Notes under the pieces: model-generated | Databases searched by the model: none | Told to the model about the DNA's origin: nothing | Seen by the model: only the letters and a program-made list of their open reading frames with translations | Source: Bryobacterales bacterium | GTDB taxonomy: Bacteria > Acidobacteriota > Terriglobia > Bryobacterales > Bryobacteraceae | Assembly (NCBI GenBank): GCA_963738375.1 | Contig: CAVTWL010000010.1 | Span: 212,921 to 276,920, forward strand | DNA: 64,000 nt | Reading direction: 5' to 3' | Program-made: the position numbers and the translations under genes | Shown here: piece by piece, positions 28,450-39,946 of the stretch | How positions within the stretch are numbered: position 1 is the stretch's first letter | Layout of the letters: the number at the start of each line of letters is the position of its first letter

Positions 28450-30204
28450 GTCGCCGCCCGCGCGGGCGGCGTGGATTGAAACATGCCCATCCGGAGCCCG
28501 AAAGCCGCGCAAGTCCGTCGCCGCCCGCGCGGGCGGCGTGGATTGAAACAGATCGAGGTAGTGAGTGCGATCCGCTCCCCCAGCGTCGCCGCCCGCGCGG
28601 GCGGCGTGGATTGAAACTGTGGATCAATCGGCACAAGCGAATACTGTGGTCGTCGCCGCCCGCGCGGGCGGCGTGGATTGAAACTCCGTGCCGCACGGAC
28701 CAAGCTAGGCGGCATCCGCCGTCGCCGCCCGCGCGGGCGGCGTGGATTGAAACGAGCGTGGGCGCGCGCTGGAACGCGTTCGCGCCTCGTCGCCGCCCGC
28801 GCGGGCGGCGTGGATTGAAACTCTCATTTTGGCTGGAGGCATCTAATCGGGGTGCGTCGCCGCCCGCGCGGGCGGCGTGGATTGAAACACGGCGCCGACC
28901 GCGTCATCGTGCCGGCTGCAGGCGTCGCCGCCCGCGCGGGCGGCGTGGATTGAAACTACGTACTCGATCGGCTACCGATGGGCTGGCTCAGGTCGCCGCC
29001 CGCGCGGGCGGCGTGGATTGAAACCCTTGGATTATGGTATGAATGGGAACGATGCTCGAGTCGCCGCCCGCGCGGGCGGCGTGGATTGAAACATCGCGGA
29101 CAGATCGAGGATGATACAGCAGGCGCTGTCGCCGCCCGCGCGGGCGGCGTGGATTGAAACCCACTGCGACGCGGACGGTAAGACCGTGTGCGCCCGTCGC
29201 CGCCCGCGCGGGCGGCGTGGATTGAAACGTCAACAGGCCTGAAACGTATGTTGCTGGCCAGCGTCGCCGCCCGCGCGGGCGGCGTGGATTGAAACTTGGG
29301 GCAAGGTCGAAACCCTGAAGAAGTGGAAGGCGTCGCCGCCCGCGCGGGCGGCGTGGATTGAAACACGGTGCCGACGAAGTGCCGTAAGTGTACTACGTCG
29401 CCGCCCGCGCGGGCGGCGTGGATTGAAACAGGATGTCCTTGCCTTTCATTGGTGCTCCTTTGGGGTCGCCGCCCGCGCGGGCGGCGTGGATTGAAACGCG
29501 TGGCTTCCATTATATGGATGCCAATGGTATGGTCGCCGCCCGCGCGGGCGGCGTGGATTGAAACGCAGTGAAGCCGGTACCCGTGCCGCCGGTGGTTGGG
29601 TCGCCGCCCGCGCGGGCGGCGTGGATTGAAACCAATACGGAATCCGTTGAGGTTGACGGCGACAAGGTCGCCGCCCGCGCGGGCGGCGTGGATTGAAACA
29701 CAGCTTATGCACGAGTTTAGAGGCTAGTTGTTCCAGTCGCCGCCCGCGCGGGCGGCGTGGATTGAAACACCGGTACGCGCAACATGATCTGGTGACCGGC
29801 GTGTCGCCGCCCGCGCGGGCGGCGTGGATTGAAACGGCTCGAGTCGAGTTTACCGCCTCGAATCCCATGCCGTCGCCGCCCGCGCGGGCGGCGTGGATTG
29901 AAACACTTACGAGCTCGGCCACTAAGATGCGCGCGCTTCGTCGCCGCCCGCGCGGGCGGCGTAGGATTGAAACGCAAGCGTGCAAGCGGCGGCGGTCGCC
30001 ACGGCTGTCGCCGCCCGCGCGGGCGGCGTGGATTGAAACTCAAGGCCGTCGTCAACAAGCTTGCCCAACGGCGCGGGCGGCGTGGATTGAAACAACGGGG
30101 CGGTATAGTTAGGGCAAGGGCGGCATGGATTGAAACACCGCGCTACCTCCAGCGCTCCGCCGAATAGCGGCGTCGCCGCCCGTGCGGGCCGTGTGCCATG
30201 CACA
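28450..30204 (+). CRISPR. type I-C CRISPR array: 24 full repeats (33 nt) plus 3 degenerate terminal repeats, spacers 32-36 nt
   Basis: The repeat GTCGCCGCCCGCGCGGGCGGCGTGGATTGAAAC starts at 28450, 28517, 28585 ... 30007. It has a GCCGCCC/GGGCGGC stem and the ..GGATTGAAAC end typical of I-C. The repeat at 29940 has a 1-nt insertion (GTAGGATTG). Truncated or degenerate copies end at 30093, 30136 and 30204. Confidence 0.97.
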
Positions 30205-30339
30205 GCCCCGCTCCTCCTTCACCCCTCCAACCTGGTGACAACTTTCCACAGGCGCTTTTTTCCTTACCCATCAATCGCTTCCCGCCTCTATGGCCGCCTT
30301 TCCCGCTGCCGTGCTGCCATGGTATCGAGGATACCTTTT

Positions 30340-30864
30340 ATGTCAGACCTTCCCCTCTCGGCCACGCAACAGACCGTCCTGGCCATGATCGCGTCCGGAT
30401 CCAACGCCCGCCAGGCCGCGGCCACCGCTGGCGTCCACCGCAACACCATCGCAAATTGGCTTTGTTTGTCCGAATTCCGGCAGGCCTTCACGCTCGCCCA
30501 ATATGAAAAGGCTATCTTCCTCCGCGAGCAGGCTCAATCCATTGCTGCCGACGCTTACGCCGCCATCCGGGCCCTTATCGCCGATCCCGGCGTACCGGCG
30601 GGCGTCCGCCTGAAAGCAGCACTGGCCATTATCGATCGCGCCTCCGCCCCGCTGCCCGAAGTTCCCGAAATCGTGCCCAATAATGCACAATCGGAAGCCG
30701 CACCGCAAGAAGGCGAGCCCCTCGCCGTCGTCCCGATCCGCAACGTTGGCCCCAAAATCGGATGCAACGATACTTGTCACTGCGGGAGTGGCTTGAAATT
30801 CAAGCGTTGTTGCCTCGGCAAGGCCGTCCCGCCCCCGGCGTCGGCGCTGTCCGCAGCCGGATAG
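30340..30864 (+). CDS. HTH-containing hypothetical protein with C-terminal SEC-C metal-binding motif
   Basis: ATG 30340. 'SNARQAAATAGVHRNTIANWL' is HTH-like. The C-terminal 'CHCGSGLKFKRCC' is a SEC-C motif. Confidence 0.65.
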   Translation: MSDLPLSATQQTVLAMIASGSNARQAAATAGVHRNTIANWLCLSEFRQAFTLAQYEKAIFLREQAQSIAADAYAAIRALIADPGVPAGVRLKAALAIIDRASAPLPEVPEIVPNNAQSEAAPQEGEPLAVVPIRNVGPKIGCNDTCHCGSGLKFKRCCLGKAVPPPASALSAAG

Positions 30865-30943
30865 CGCGCCGGAAAATTGCCCCCTCAAATTCGCTACGCC
30901 CGAAGTGTGCCCTTTTGCAATCTCTGCCCCTGAGTTGCGAAAC

Positions 30944-31222
30944 GAAATTGGCTTCGTTCGTCAAAACCCCTGCCAGGAAAAACTTCGACGCCGGACCGGC
31001 CGCACTCCCCAGCCATCGTGTACCGCCTCCGGCCCCTATGTCCCGAAATCCCCGAACTCGTGCCCAAAAAAGCACAAATTGGGTTCGTTCCACAAATCCG
31101 TCCCAGGAATAATTCGATTCGTGCCTGGTAATGCACAACCGCCGGTCAGTCCCACCAGCGATTTTTCCCCAGTGAGCCGCGCTCACGGCCGAAAATTCCA
31201 AATTGGGTTCGTTCCGCAAAAA
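30944..31222 (+). repeat. three dispersed copies of a roughly 50-nt motif (core AAATTGGSTTCGTTC)
   Basis: Copies start near 30944, 31075 and 31198. Copies 1 and 2 also share the downstream 'CAAAnCCnnnCCAGGAAnAAnTTCGA'. Spacing is about 125-130 nt. The region is non-coding. Confidence 0.6.
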
Positions 31223-31265
31223 AATCGCTGCGGAAAAACCCATCGCCGCTCCAGCCCGGCTGCCC

Positions 31266-31612
31266 TTACTGCCGGCACAACCCGCAGGGGCAGATACTGC
31301 GCAGATGATCGAACGAGTAGATCCCCGTGTTATGCCCGTCGCTCCAGTGAATGCGGATCGCGTAGTTCCCCACCGGTTCCACGCTCAGCATCTTCAGCGT
31401 GGGCTTGTACATCTGGAACGGATTCGCCGTGCAGCCGCGCTGGTTGGGCTCCTGCGGCTCCGTGCCATGCGCGCCGGTGCAGCTGGCGCAGGGACATTCG
31501 TCGCGCAGATAGGCGAGCCGTACTCGCTACTGATGCCCGTCCTTCCAATCGATCTTGATGCCTTTGGATTTGGAAATGGCGATGTGTTCGGGGTCGATCA
31601 CGAGTGTCATGT

Positions 31613-31616
<4 letters not shown>
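31266..31616 (-). pseudogene. DUF971 (gamma-butyrobetaine hydroxylase-like N-terminal domain) protein with an in-frame TAG
   Basis: Read by eye: 'MNMTLVIDPEHIAISKSKGIKIDWKDGHQ*RVRLAYLRDECPCASCTG...IRIHWSDGHNTGIYSFDHLRSICPCGLCRQ*'. Length is 351 nt and in frame throughout. The amber codon is at 31527-31529. Confidence 0.65.
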
Positions 31617-33863
<2,247 letters not shown>

Positions 33864-33901
33864 TACTTTGATTGTAGCCGCGATCCGCGGCCGGGAGGAA
33901 A

Positions 33902-33978
33902 TGGTGGGGCTGCACAGGCTCGAACTGTGGACCTTCTGGGTGTAAACCAGACGCTCTAACCAACTGAGCTACAGCCCC
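33902..33978 (-). tRNA. tRNA-Val (anticodon TAC), CCA encoded
   Basis: The reverse complement GGGGCTGTAGCTCAGTTGGTTAGAGCGTCTGGTTTACACCCAGAAGGTCCACAGTTCGAGCCTGTGCAGCCCCACCA folds as a cloverleaf. It has a 7-bp acceptor stem, anticodon loop TTTACAC and T-loop TTCGAGC. Confidence 0.95.
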
Positions 33979-34018
33979 GAAACCCCAGTGTACCAAGCCT
34001 TCGGCGTCGTGCGGTATA

Positions 34019-34969
34019 GTGATAGCCGGGTTCGCGCACATGTTCATACTATCCGAGCAGGAAAGGCAACAGCTGATCGATCTGACCCAGGACGACTTCG
34101 TCGTGCAGCAGTATGACGCCTACACCCGAAAGCAGGGCTACAAGCGCTTGGTGCATTTCAAGAAGTGTCTCTATCTGAACCTCTTTCTGCGAACCAGGCA
34201 GACCAATCCATATCCGCCCGATCTCTGGTTTCAGGAGATGAAGAATCGGCTCAACCAGGAAATCGACCGCTTGACCGCTTCGGCCATAGTCACCCTCATG
34301 GCTACGAACCAGGCCACCTGTGCGTATGCCTTCAACCAGTCCGATCTTCTCAGGAACCGCAACACCGGAGGAGTCTGCCGGGCGCTATCTCTCGACTGGA
34401 TGCGCCGAAAGCTCTGGAATCATACGCTGCAGGAAGGAGGACGCCTCAAGAAGCTGTACGATCATCCGGAATTGAAGCGGGACCGTCTCGCCGACAAAAT
34501 GGTCGCACTGCAGAGCGCCGTCGCCGGCGGCAACTTGCAGTCCGGCCATCTGGGCACTCTGGAAACTACCATGACGAACGACTTCCCCCGCAAGACCGTA
34601 CCTGTAGATGGCGCGAGAGGATTCAATCGCTTCGACTTCGTGGGAGAGAGCGTTGAACTCGGCGAGTCGAACAACGCGCGTGAGGGTTCCTACGGCTACG
34701 CTTTGACGCAATACATTGCGCAAAATCTGGCTTTCTATCCGCGAGGAATCTACCTGTCTTACAACCGCATCACCAAGGGCGCCCTGCAAGGCCATGCGGT
34801 TGCCCTTCTCCAACTCGATGCCCAAAGCCCATGGATGTTCTTTGATCCAAACCACGGCCAGTATACCGTGCCGCATAATCTGATGCCGCAATTCGCCGCG
34901 GACTGGTATCAGCTTTACCGGCCTCTAATGGATATGGAGCCGCTCGCCCAGGGACTTCGCTGGAACTAG
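34019..34969 (+). CDS. YopT/AvrPphB-type (peptidase C58-like) papain-fold cysteine protease homologue
   Basis: 316 aa (GTG 34019, alternative ATG 34040). The Cys-His-Asp arrangement is 'NTGGVCRALSLDWMRRK' (Cys120), 'LQGHAVALL' (His259) and 'MFFDPNHGQY' (Asp276). Spacing is close to YopT C139/H258/D274. A sampled 100 nt has about 54% G+C, lower than the neighbours. Confidence 0.65.
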   Translation: MIAGFAHMFILSEQERQQLIDLTQDDFVVQQYDAYTRKQGYKRLVHFKKCLYLNLFLRTRQTNPYPPDLWFQEMKNRLNQEIDRLTASAIVTLMATNQATCAYAFNQSDLLRNRNTGGVCRALSLDWMRRKLWNHTLQEGGRLKKLYDHPELKRDRLADKMVALQSAVAGGNLQSGHLGTLETTMTNDFPRKTVPVDGARGFNRFDFVGESVELGESNNAREGSYGYALTQYIAQNLAFYPRGIYLSYNRITKGALQGHAVALLQLDAQSPWMFFDPNHGQYTVPHNLMPQFAADWYQLYRPLMDMEPLAQGLRWN

Positions 34970-34989
34970 TTGGATTAACGGGAGAAGGT

Positions 34990-35063
34990 TGGCTGGGAGG
35001 CAGGGATTCGAACCCCGATACGCAGATCCAGAGTCTGCAGTCTTACCGTTAGACGACCTCCCA
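34990..35063 (-). tRNA. tRNA-Gln (anticodon CTG), CCA encoded
   Basis: The reverse complement is TGGGAGGTCGTCTAACGGTAAGACTGCAGACTCTGGATCTGCGTATCGGGGTTCGAATCCCTGCCTCCCAGCCA. It has acceptor TGGGAGG/CCTCCCA, anticodon loop CTCTGGA and T-loop TTCGAAT. Confidence 0.95.
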
Positions 35064-35215
35064 AACGGTATTCGTATTCTAGCATTGCGCGCCCCGCCAA
35101 TGCTTCTTGCCAAGTGCAAATGCGGGGTCCATTCCTGAAAAGGATAAACAGAACCGTAAGCCTTTTATAGGGTATAATGGGTACGGCAGGGAACAGGGAT
35201 ACTAAAGGAGATCGC

Positions 35216-35890
35216 ATGCGAAGTCTCATAGCCCTTCTTTTTGCGATTCCCGTTTTTGCAGGCACGGTGGACACCTCGACAGCTACGTGTAATGGAAGCG
35301 TCTACCAGGGAACTGACTACGCTTCCTGCGGTGCCCCATGGGAGGTACCCGGGGCGTTTGCAACGGCTGAATATCAGTTTGCGAGCGCTGGCGAGTCCGG
35401 GGGCGGCTCGGCAAGCGCGTCGTTCGTTCAAGACTTTGTTTTCGATGCCTGGGACGCTTACCCCGGCGGTACGTTCTCTCCCTCCGTGATCGTGGGAGGC
35501 GACCTTCGCGGCGGCAGCAACACTGCCACGGCCGGCGTAACCATCTCATCGCCTCTGTACGGTACATGCAATCTCGCCGCGTGGAACGAAACCTGTTACT
35601 TCCCCTTTGTATCCGGAGTTCCTGAAACCTTCGCCATCAACGTATGGGCCACGGCCGAAGGCAGCGCCGATTATCTCGGTGTTTCCGCCGAGGCGGTCAT
35701 TACCGGGTTTGAATGTTTCGATGTAAGCGGCGCGGGGCCGTGCAACTTTAATGTTCCCGCCCAGCCGGTGCCCGAATCTGGTACGTACCTGCTCACCGCC
35801 TTGGCGAGCGCCGCATTCATAGCCCGGAATCGGCGTCGTAGCCGATGCGGCTCCAAAGCCGATTCTAATCGCGTGTTACACAATATATAG
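35216..35890 (+). CDS. PEP-CTERM-type secreted protein
   Basis: ATG 35216 after AAAGGAG. Signal peptide 'MRSLIALLFAIPVFAG'. C-terminal 'PVPESGTYLLTALASAAFIARNRRRS' has the PEP motif, a TM helix and a basic cluster. The tail after the Arg cluster is unusually long (16 aa). Confidence 0.75.
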   Translation: MRSLIALLFAIPVFAGTVDTSTATCNGSVYQGTDYASCGAPWEVPGAFATAEYQFASAGESGGGSASASFVQDFVFDAWDAYPGGTFSPSVIVGGDLRGGSNTATAGVTISSPLYGTCNLAAWNETCYFPFVSGVPETFAINVWATAEGSADYLGVSAEAVITGFECFDVSGAGPCNFNVPAQPVPESGTYLLTALASAAFIARNRRRSRCGSKADSNRVLHNI

Positions 35891-35999
35891 CGGCCAACGA
35901 AAAATACCCCCTCCACCCTGCGTAGAAGGTGCTTTACTTTTCCCTCCAACGAGATTAGTATGGTTACGATCCCCCGAGCAAAAATCGAGGTGAACGTTT

Positions 36000-38900
36000 T
36001 TGCTGAAATTAAAGCGCGTCGAAATTCAAGGCTTCAAGTCGTTTTGTGACCGCACCGAACTGCGCTTCAATGGCGGCGGCATCGCTGCCGTCGTCGGCCC
36101 CAACGGCTGTGGAAAATCGAATCTGAGCGATGCCATCAGTTGGGTGCTCGGCGAACAGTCCGCGAAAAGCCTGCGCGGCGCCCGCATGGAAGACGTGATC
36201 TTCGCCGGCACCCGCGAGCGCAAGCCGCTCGGTATGGCCGCCGTCACCATGACGCTGGTCGATCCCATGATCCACCACGAAGCTCATGAGACCGCCGCCT
36301 CCGTCGCTTCCTCCAATGGCCACATCCCGCACCCCAACGCCGGCCCAATCCCCATCACCGCTCATCAGGGCAAGAACGGCGAAATCACCATCACCCGCCG
36401 CCTCTTCCGCTCGGGCGAAAGCGAATACCTGATCAATGGCCATACTGCCCGCCTGCGCGACATCCAGGACATCTTCATGGGCACCGGCCTCGGCCCGGAA
36501 AGCTACGCCATCATCGAACAGGGCCGCATCGGCCAGATCCTCAGCTCCAAGCCCCAGGATCGCCGCGCCGTCATCGAAGAAGCCGCCGGCATCACCAAGT
36601 ACAAAACCCGCAAGCGGCTCGCCGAGGCCAAGCTCGAAAGCGCCAAACAGAACCTCGCCCGCGTCTTCGACATCCTCGAAGAAGTCACCCGCCAGGTGAA
36701 CTCCCTCAAGCGCCAAGCCGCCAAAGCCAAGCGCTACGGCGAGTTAAAAACGGACATGGATGCCCGTTTGCGTCTGGCGTTGTCCGGCAAATTTCGGCTT
36801 CTCGAGCGCGAAGCCGCCAAGGCCGCTCTTGATCTAAACGTCGCCTCGGCCGACCTACGCGGTCTCTCCGAACAGGTCGCGGCCAAAGAGAAAGCACATA
36901 CCGAACTGCAGGGCCAGTCCTACCACACCGAGCAGCAACTCACCGCACAGCGTCGCTCGCTGGCGGAGTGCCGCGTCGAAACCGAGCGCACCCGCGGCCG
37001 CCTCGAATCGCAAGTCAAGGAAAGCGGCGCCATTGAACAACGCATCGGCCAGGCCGAGCGTGAGTCTCAGGAACTGGAACAGCGCCTCGCCATCATCGCC
37101 GCCGACCTCCAGACCCACCAGGGCCAAGTTGTCGCTCTCGACCAGCAAATCGGCCAGTCGCGCCAGCGCATGGCCGAAAAGAATCGCCTCCGCGAAGAGC
37201 TCCAGACTGCTGTCCGCGAGCGCGAAAAAGCCATCGAGGCCAGCCGCACTGCCGTCCTCCGCCTGCTCGGCGAAGCCTCCACCCTGCGCAACCAGCTTGC
37301 CCAGATGAATGAGTACCTCGCCGGCATCGAGCGCGAAACCGCTCGCGTCCAGAAGGACGAATTAGGATCCGCTGCCGAACTTGAACGCCTCGGCGCCGCC
37401 CGCGAAGCATTGTCTCAGACCATGGCGCAACGCCAGCTTGAGCTCGAATCCGTCGCCGGCGAACGCCAGCGCACCGATGCCGACCTGTCCGGCCGCCGCC
37501 AAAGTGCTGTCGAAGTGCGCGGCACGATCGACCAGCTCCGCACTGAGTGCTCCAAGCTCAAAGCGCGCAAGGAATCCCTCGAAGAAGTCCTTGCCCATCG
37601 CAGCTACACCACCGACTCCGTGAAGCGCCTCTTCGCTTCCCTCGAAAAAGGAAAGGCACAGGACCTGCGCCCGCAAGGCGTCCTCGCCGATTTCGTCGAA
37701 GTCGATCCCCAATTCGAAAAGCCAGCTGAAGAATTCCTCCACGACGAGCTCGAATATGTCGTAGTCGAAAACTGGCAGCAGGCCGATCGTGGTCTCGACT
37801 TCCTTCGTGCTGAACTCGACGGCCGCGCCACCTTCCTCGTCCATCCCGATAAGAACGGCAACGGCCATGCCCATCTGCCCGAGCCGTCCATCGGCCCGGA
37901 AACCGGCATCCTCTCGCGCCTCTCCGACTCCCTGCGCCTCACCAATGGCCTATCCGATCGCGCCGCCACCCTGCTCCCGCGCGTTTCCCTCTGCTTCATC
38001 GCCGAAGACCGCGCCTCCGCCCAGCGCCTCGCCACCAGCTATCCGCATCTCTACTTCCTGACAGTCGAAGGTCTCTGCTACCACGGCTACACCGTCACCG
38101 GCGGCAAGAAGACCGCCAGCGGACCCTTGGCCATGAAACGCGAAGCGCGCGAATTGAAGGTCGCCCTTACCGCGAAACAGAAGGCCCTCGACGAGCAAAC
38201 CGCCCGGCTCCAGGATCTCGACCGCGAAATCGGCGTTCTATCCGCCGAATTGGAACGCCTCCGCGGCGTCCAGCAGTCCCGCGAAAAGGATCGCGTCGCC
38301 CTCGAACATGAAATGCGCAAGCTGGCCGACGACACCAATCGCGCCAACTCCCGCCTATCTGTCGCCCGCCTGGAACTCGATCGCCTGAAACGCGATGCCG
38401 AGCGCTCTCAGGAGCAGCGTGCCCGGAATCAGTCGGTGGTCGCCGAGAAAGAGGAGCTACGCGCCCATCGCGAACAGGAACTGGAAGACCAGCGCCAGTT
38501 CCTCGACAAGCTCGAAATCGAAGCCGCTTCACTCAGCGAAGATCATTCCGCCCTCCGTGCGGAGCTGGCGGGCCTCGAAGAGCGCCATCGCTCCGAACGC
38601 GCCGCCATGGGCCGCCTCGAGGCGCAGCATAAAGAGGCGACCGCGCGTCAGTCCGCCATCGCCTCCGAAATCGGACGCCTGGGCGTGCATCGCGCCGGCT
38701 TGTTGACCAACAACATCGAACTGGATACCAGACTCGCCACTCTGGCCGCTCAGGCCCTCGAAACCGAAGCGGTCGTCGATCGCCTGGCCGCCGAAGAATC
38801 CGCCATGCGCGAAGCTCTCGCCGCCACCGAAGATGAGTTAAAGCTGCTGCGCATCATGGTTGAGGACGCCCACACCAAGCGCTCCCAGATCGAAGTCGAT

Positions 38901-39673
38901 CTGGTCCGCCGTCAGGCCGAACTGAAGATTCCTCGACGAGACCAGCCGCAAGGAGCTGAACATCCCGGTCGAAGAGTTGGCCGCCGGCGTAGAAGAGGTT
39001 CCCGATATCGAAGCCATCTCCGAAGCTGAGCGCCTCTACCAGGAAGTCCGTGCCCGCATCGAAGCGCTCGGCCCCGTTAACGCCCAGGCCATGGAAGAAT
39101 TTCAGGAAGCCTCCCAGCGCCAGGAATTCTTGAGCGTGCAGCGCCAGGATCTGCTCGATTCCATCCGCGACACCGAAAAGGCCATCGCAGGACATCGACG
39201 TCGTATCCCGCCAGAAATTCGCCGAAGCTTTCGAGCGCATCAACGAGAATTTCCGCGAAGCCTTCCAGACCCTGTTCGGCGGCGGCACCGGCGAAATGCG
39301 CCTCACCGACGAAACCAATCTGGCCGATTCCGGCATCGACATCGTCGCCTCGCCCCCCGGCAAGAAACTCCAGAACGTCCTGCTGCTCTCCGGCGGCGAG
39401 AAGGCCCTGGCCGCGGTTGCTCTGCTGATGGCGATCTTCCGCTATCAGCCCAGCCCCTTCTGCATCCTCGACGAAGTGGACGCCCCGCTCGACGAAGCCA
39501 ACATCGAGCGGCTCACGCGCCTCTTGCGCGAGATGTCCGGCGAAACCCAGTTCATCGTCATCACGCATTCCAAGAAGACCATGGAGTCGGCCTCCGCCAT
39601 GTACGGCGTCACCATGCAGGAACCCGGCGTCTCCAAGCTGGTTTCGGTGAAGTTCCAACACGCCGCAGCGTAA
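36000..39673 (+). pseudogene. smc: chromosome segregation protein SMC; about 3 frame changes in 38.92-39.20 kb
   Basis: TTG start 'MLKLKRVEIQGFKSF..VVGPNGCGKSNLSDAI'. It has long coiled coils and a hinge ('GVLADFVEVDPQFEKPAEEFL'). The C-terminal head 'LLSGGEKALAAVALLMAIFRYQPSPFCILDEVDAPLDEANIERL' is in ORF 39296..39673. The first 2.9 kb is intact. Confidence 0.9.
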
Positions 39674-39946
39674 ATGTTGCGGCCGGTTCTGCCGCATGCG
39701 GATCTTTAGGTGGCAGAACTGGCTTATTGAGTGATAACGGCGTACTCATCCTGCCCATCTGAAGACTTATGGCGGACCGCGATCAGCCGAACGCCAGAAC
39801 CGCTCCCAACGATTTCGATGAAGATTCCGATGGATACAGGTGCTTGTATCCATTCCATCCGCGACGGCCCTGCGGCGATGCCTCGAAGTAAGCGTTCTCC
39901 AGGATCGCCTGTCTTCGCTTGGCGGATTGGGTCGACAGTGAACCCA

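Noticed and set aside
28428-30203. Track ORFs running through the CRISPR array on both strands ('RRPRGRRGLK', 'PPARAA' repeats).
   Set aside because: They are periodic translations of the 33-nt repeat, not genes.
33902-35063. tRNA-flanked interval as a bona fide integrated genomic island.
   Set aside because: No integrase is present. I found no convincing direct repeat of the tRNA-Gln 3' end near 33979-34040 (at best 11 of 16 positions with a gap). Only the composition and position arguments remain, and these are reported as a finding.
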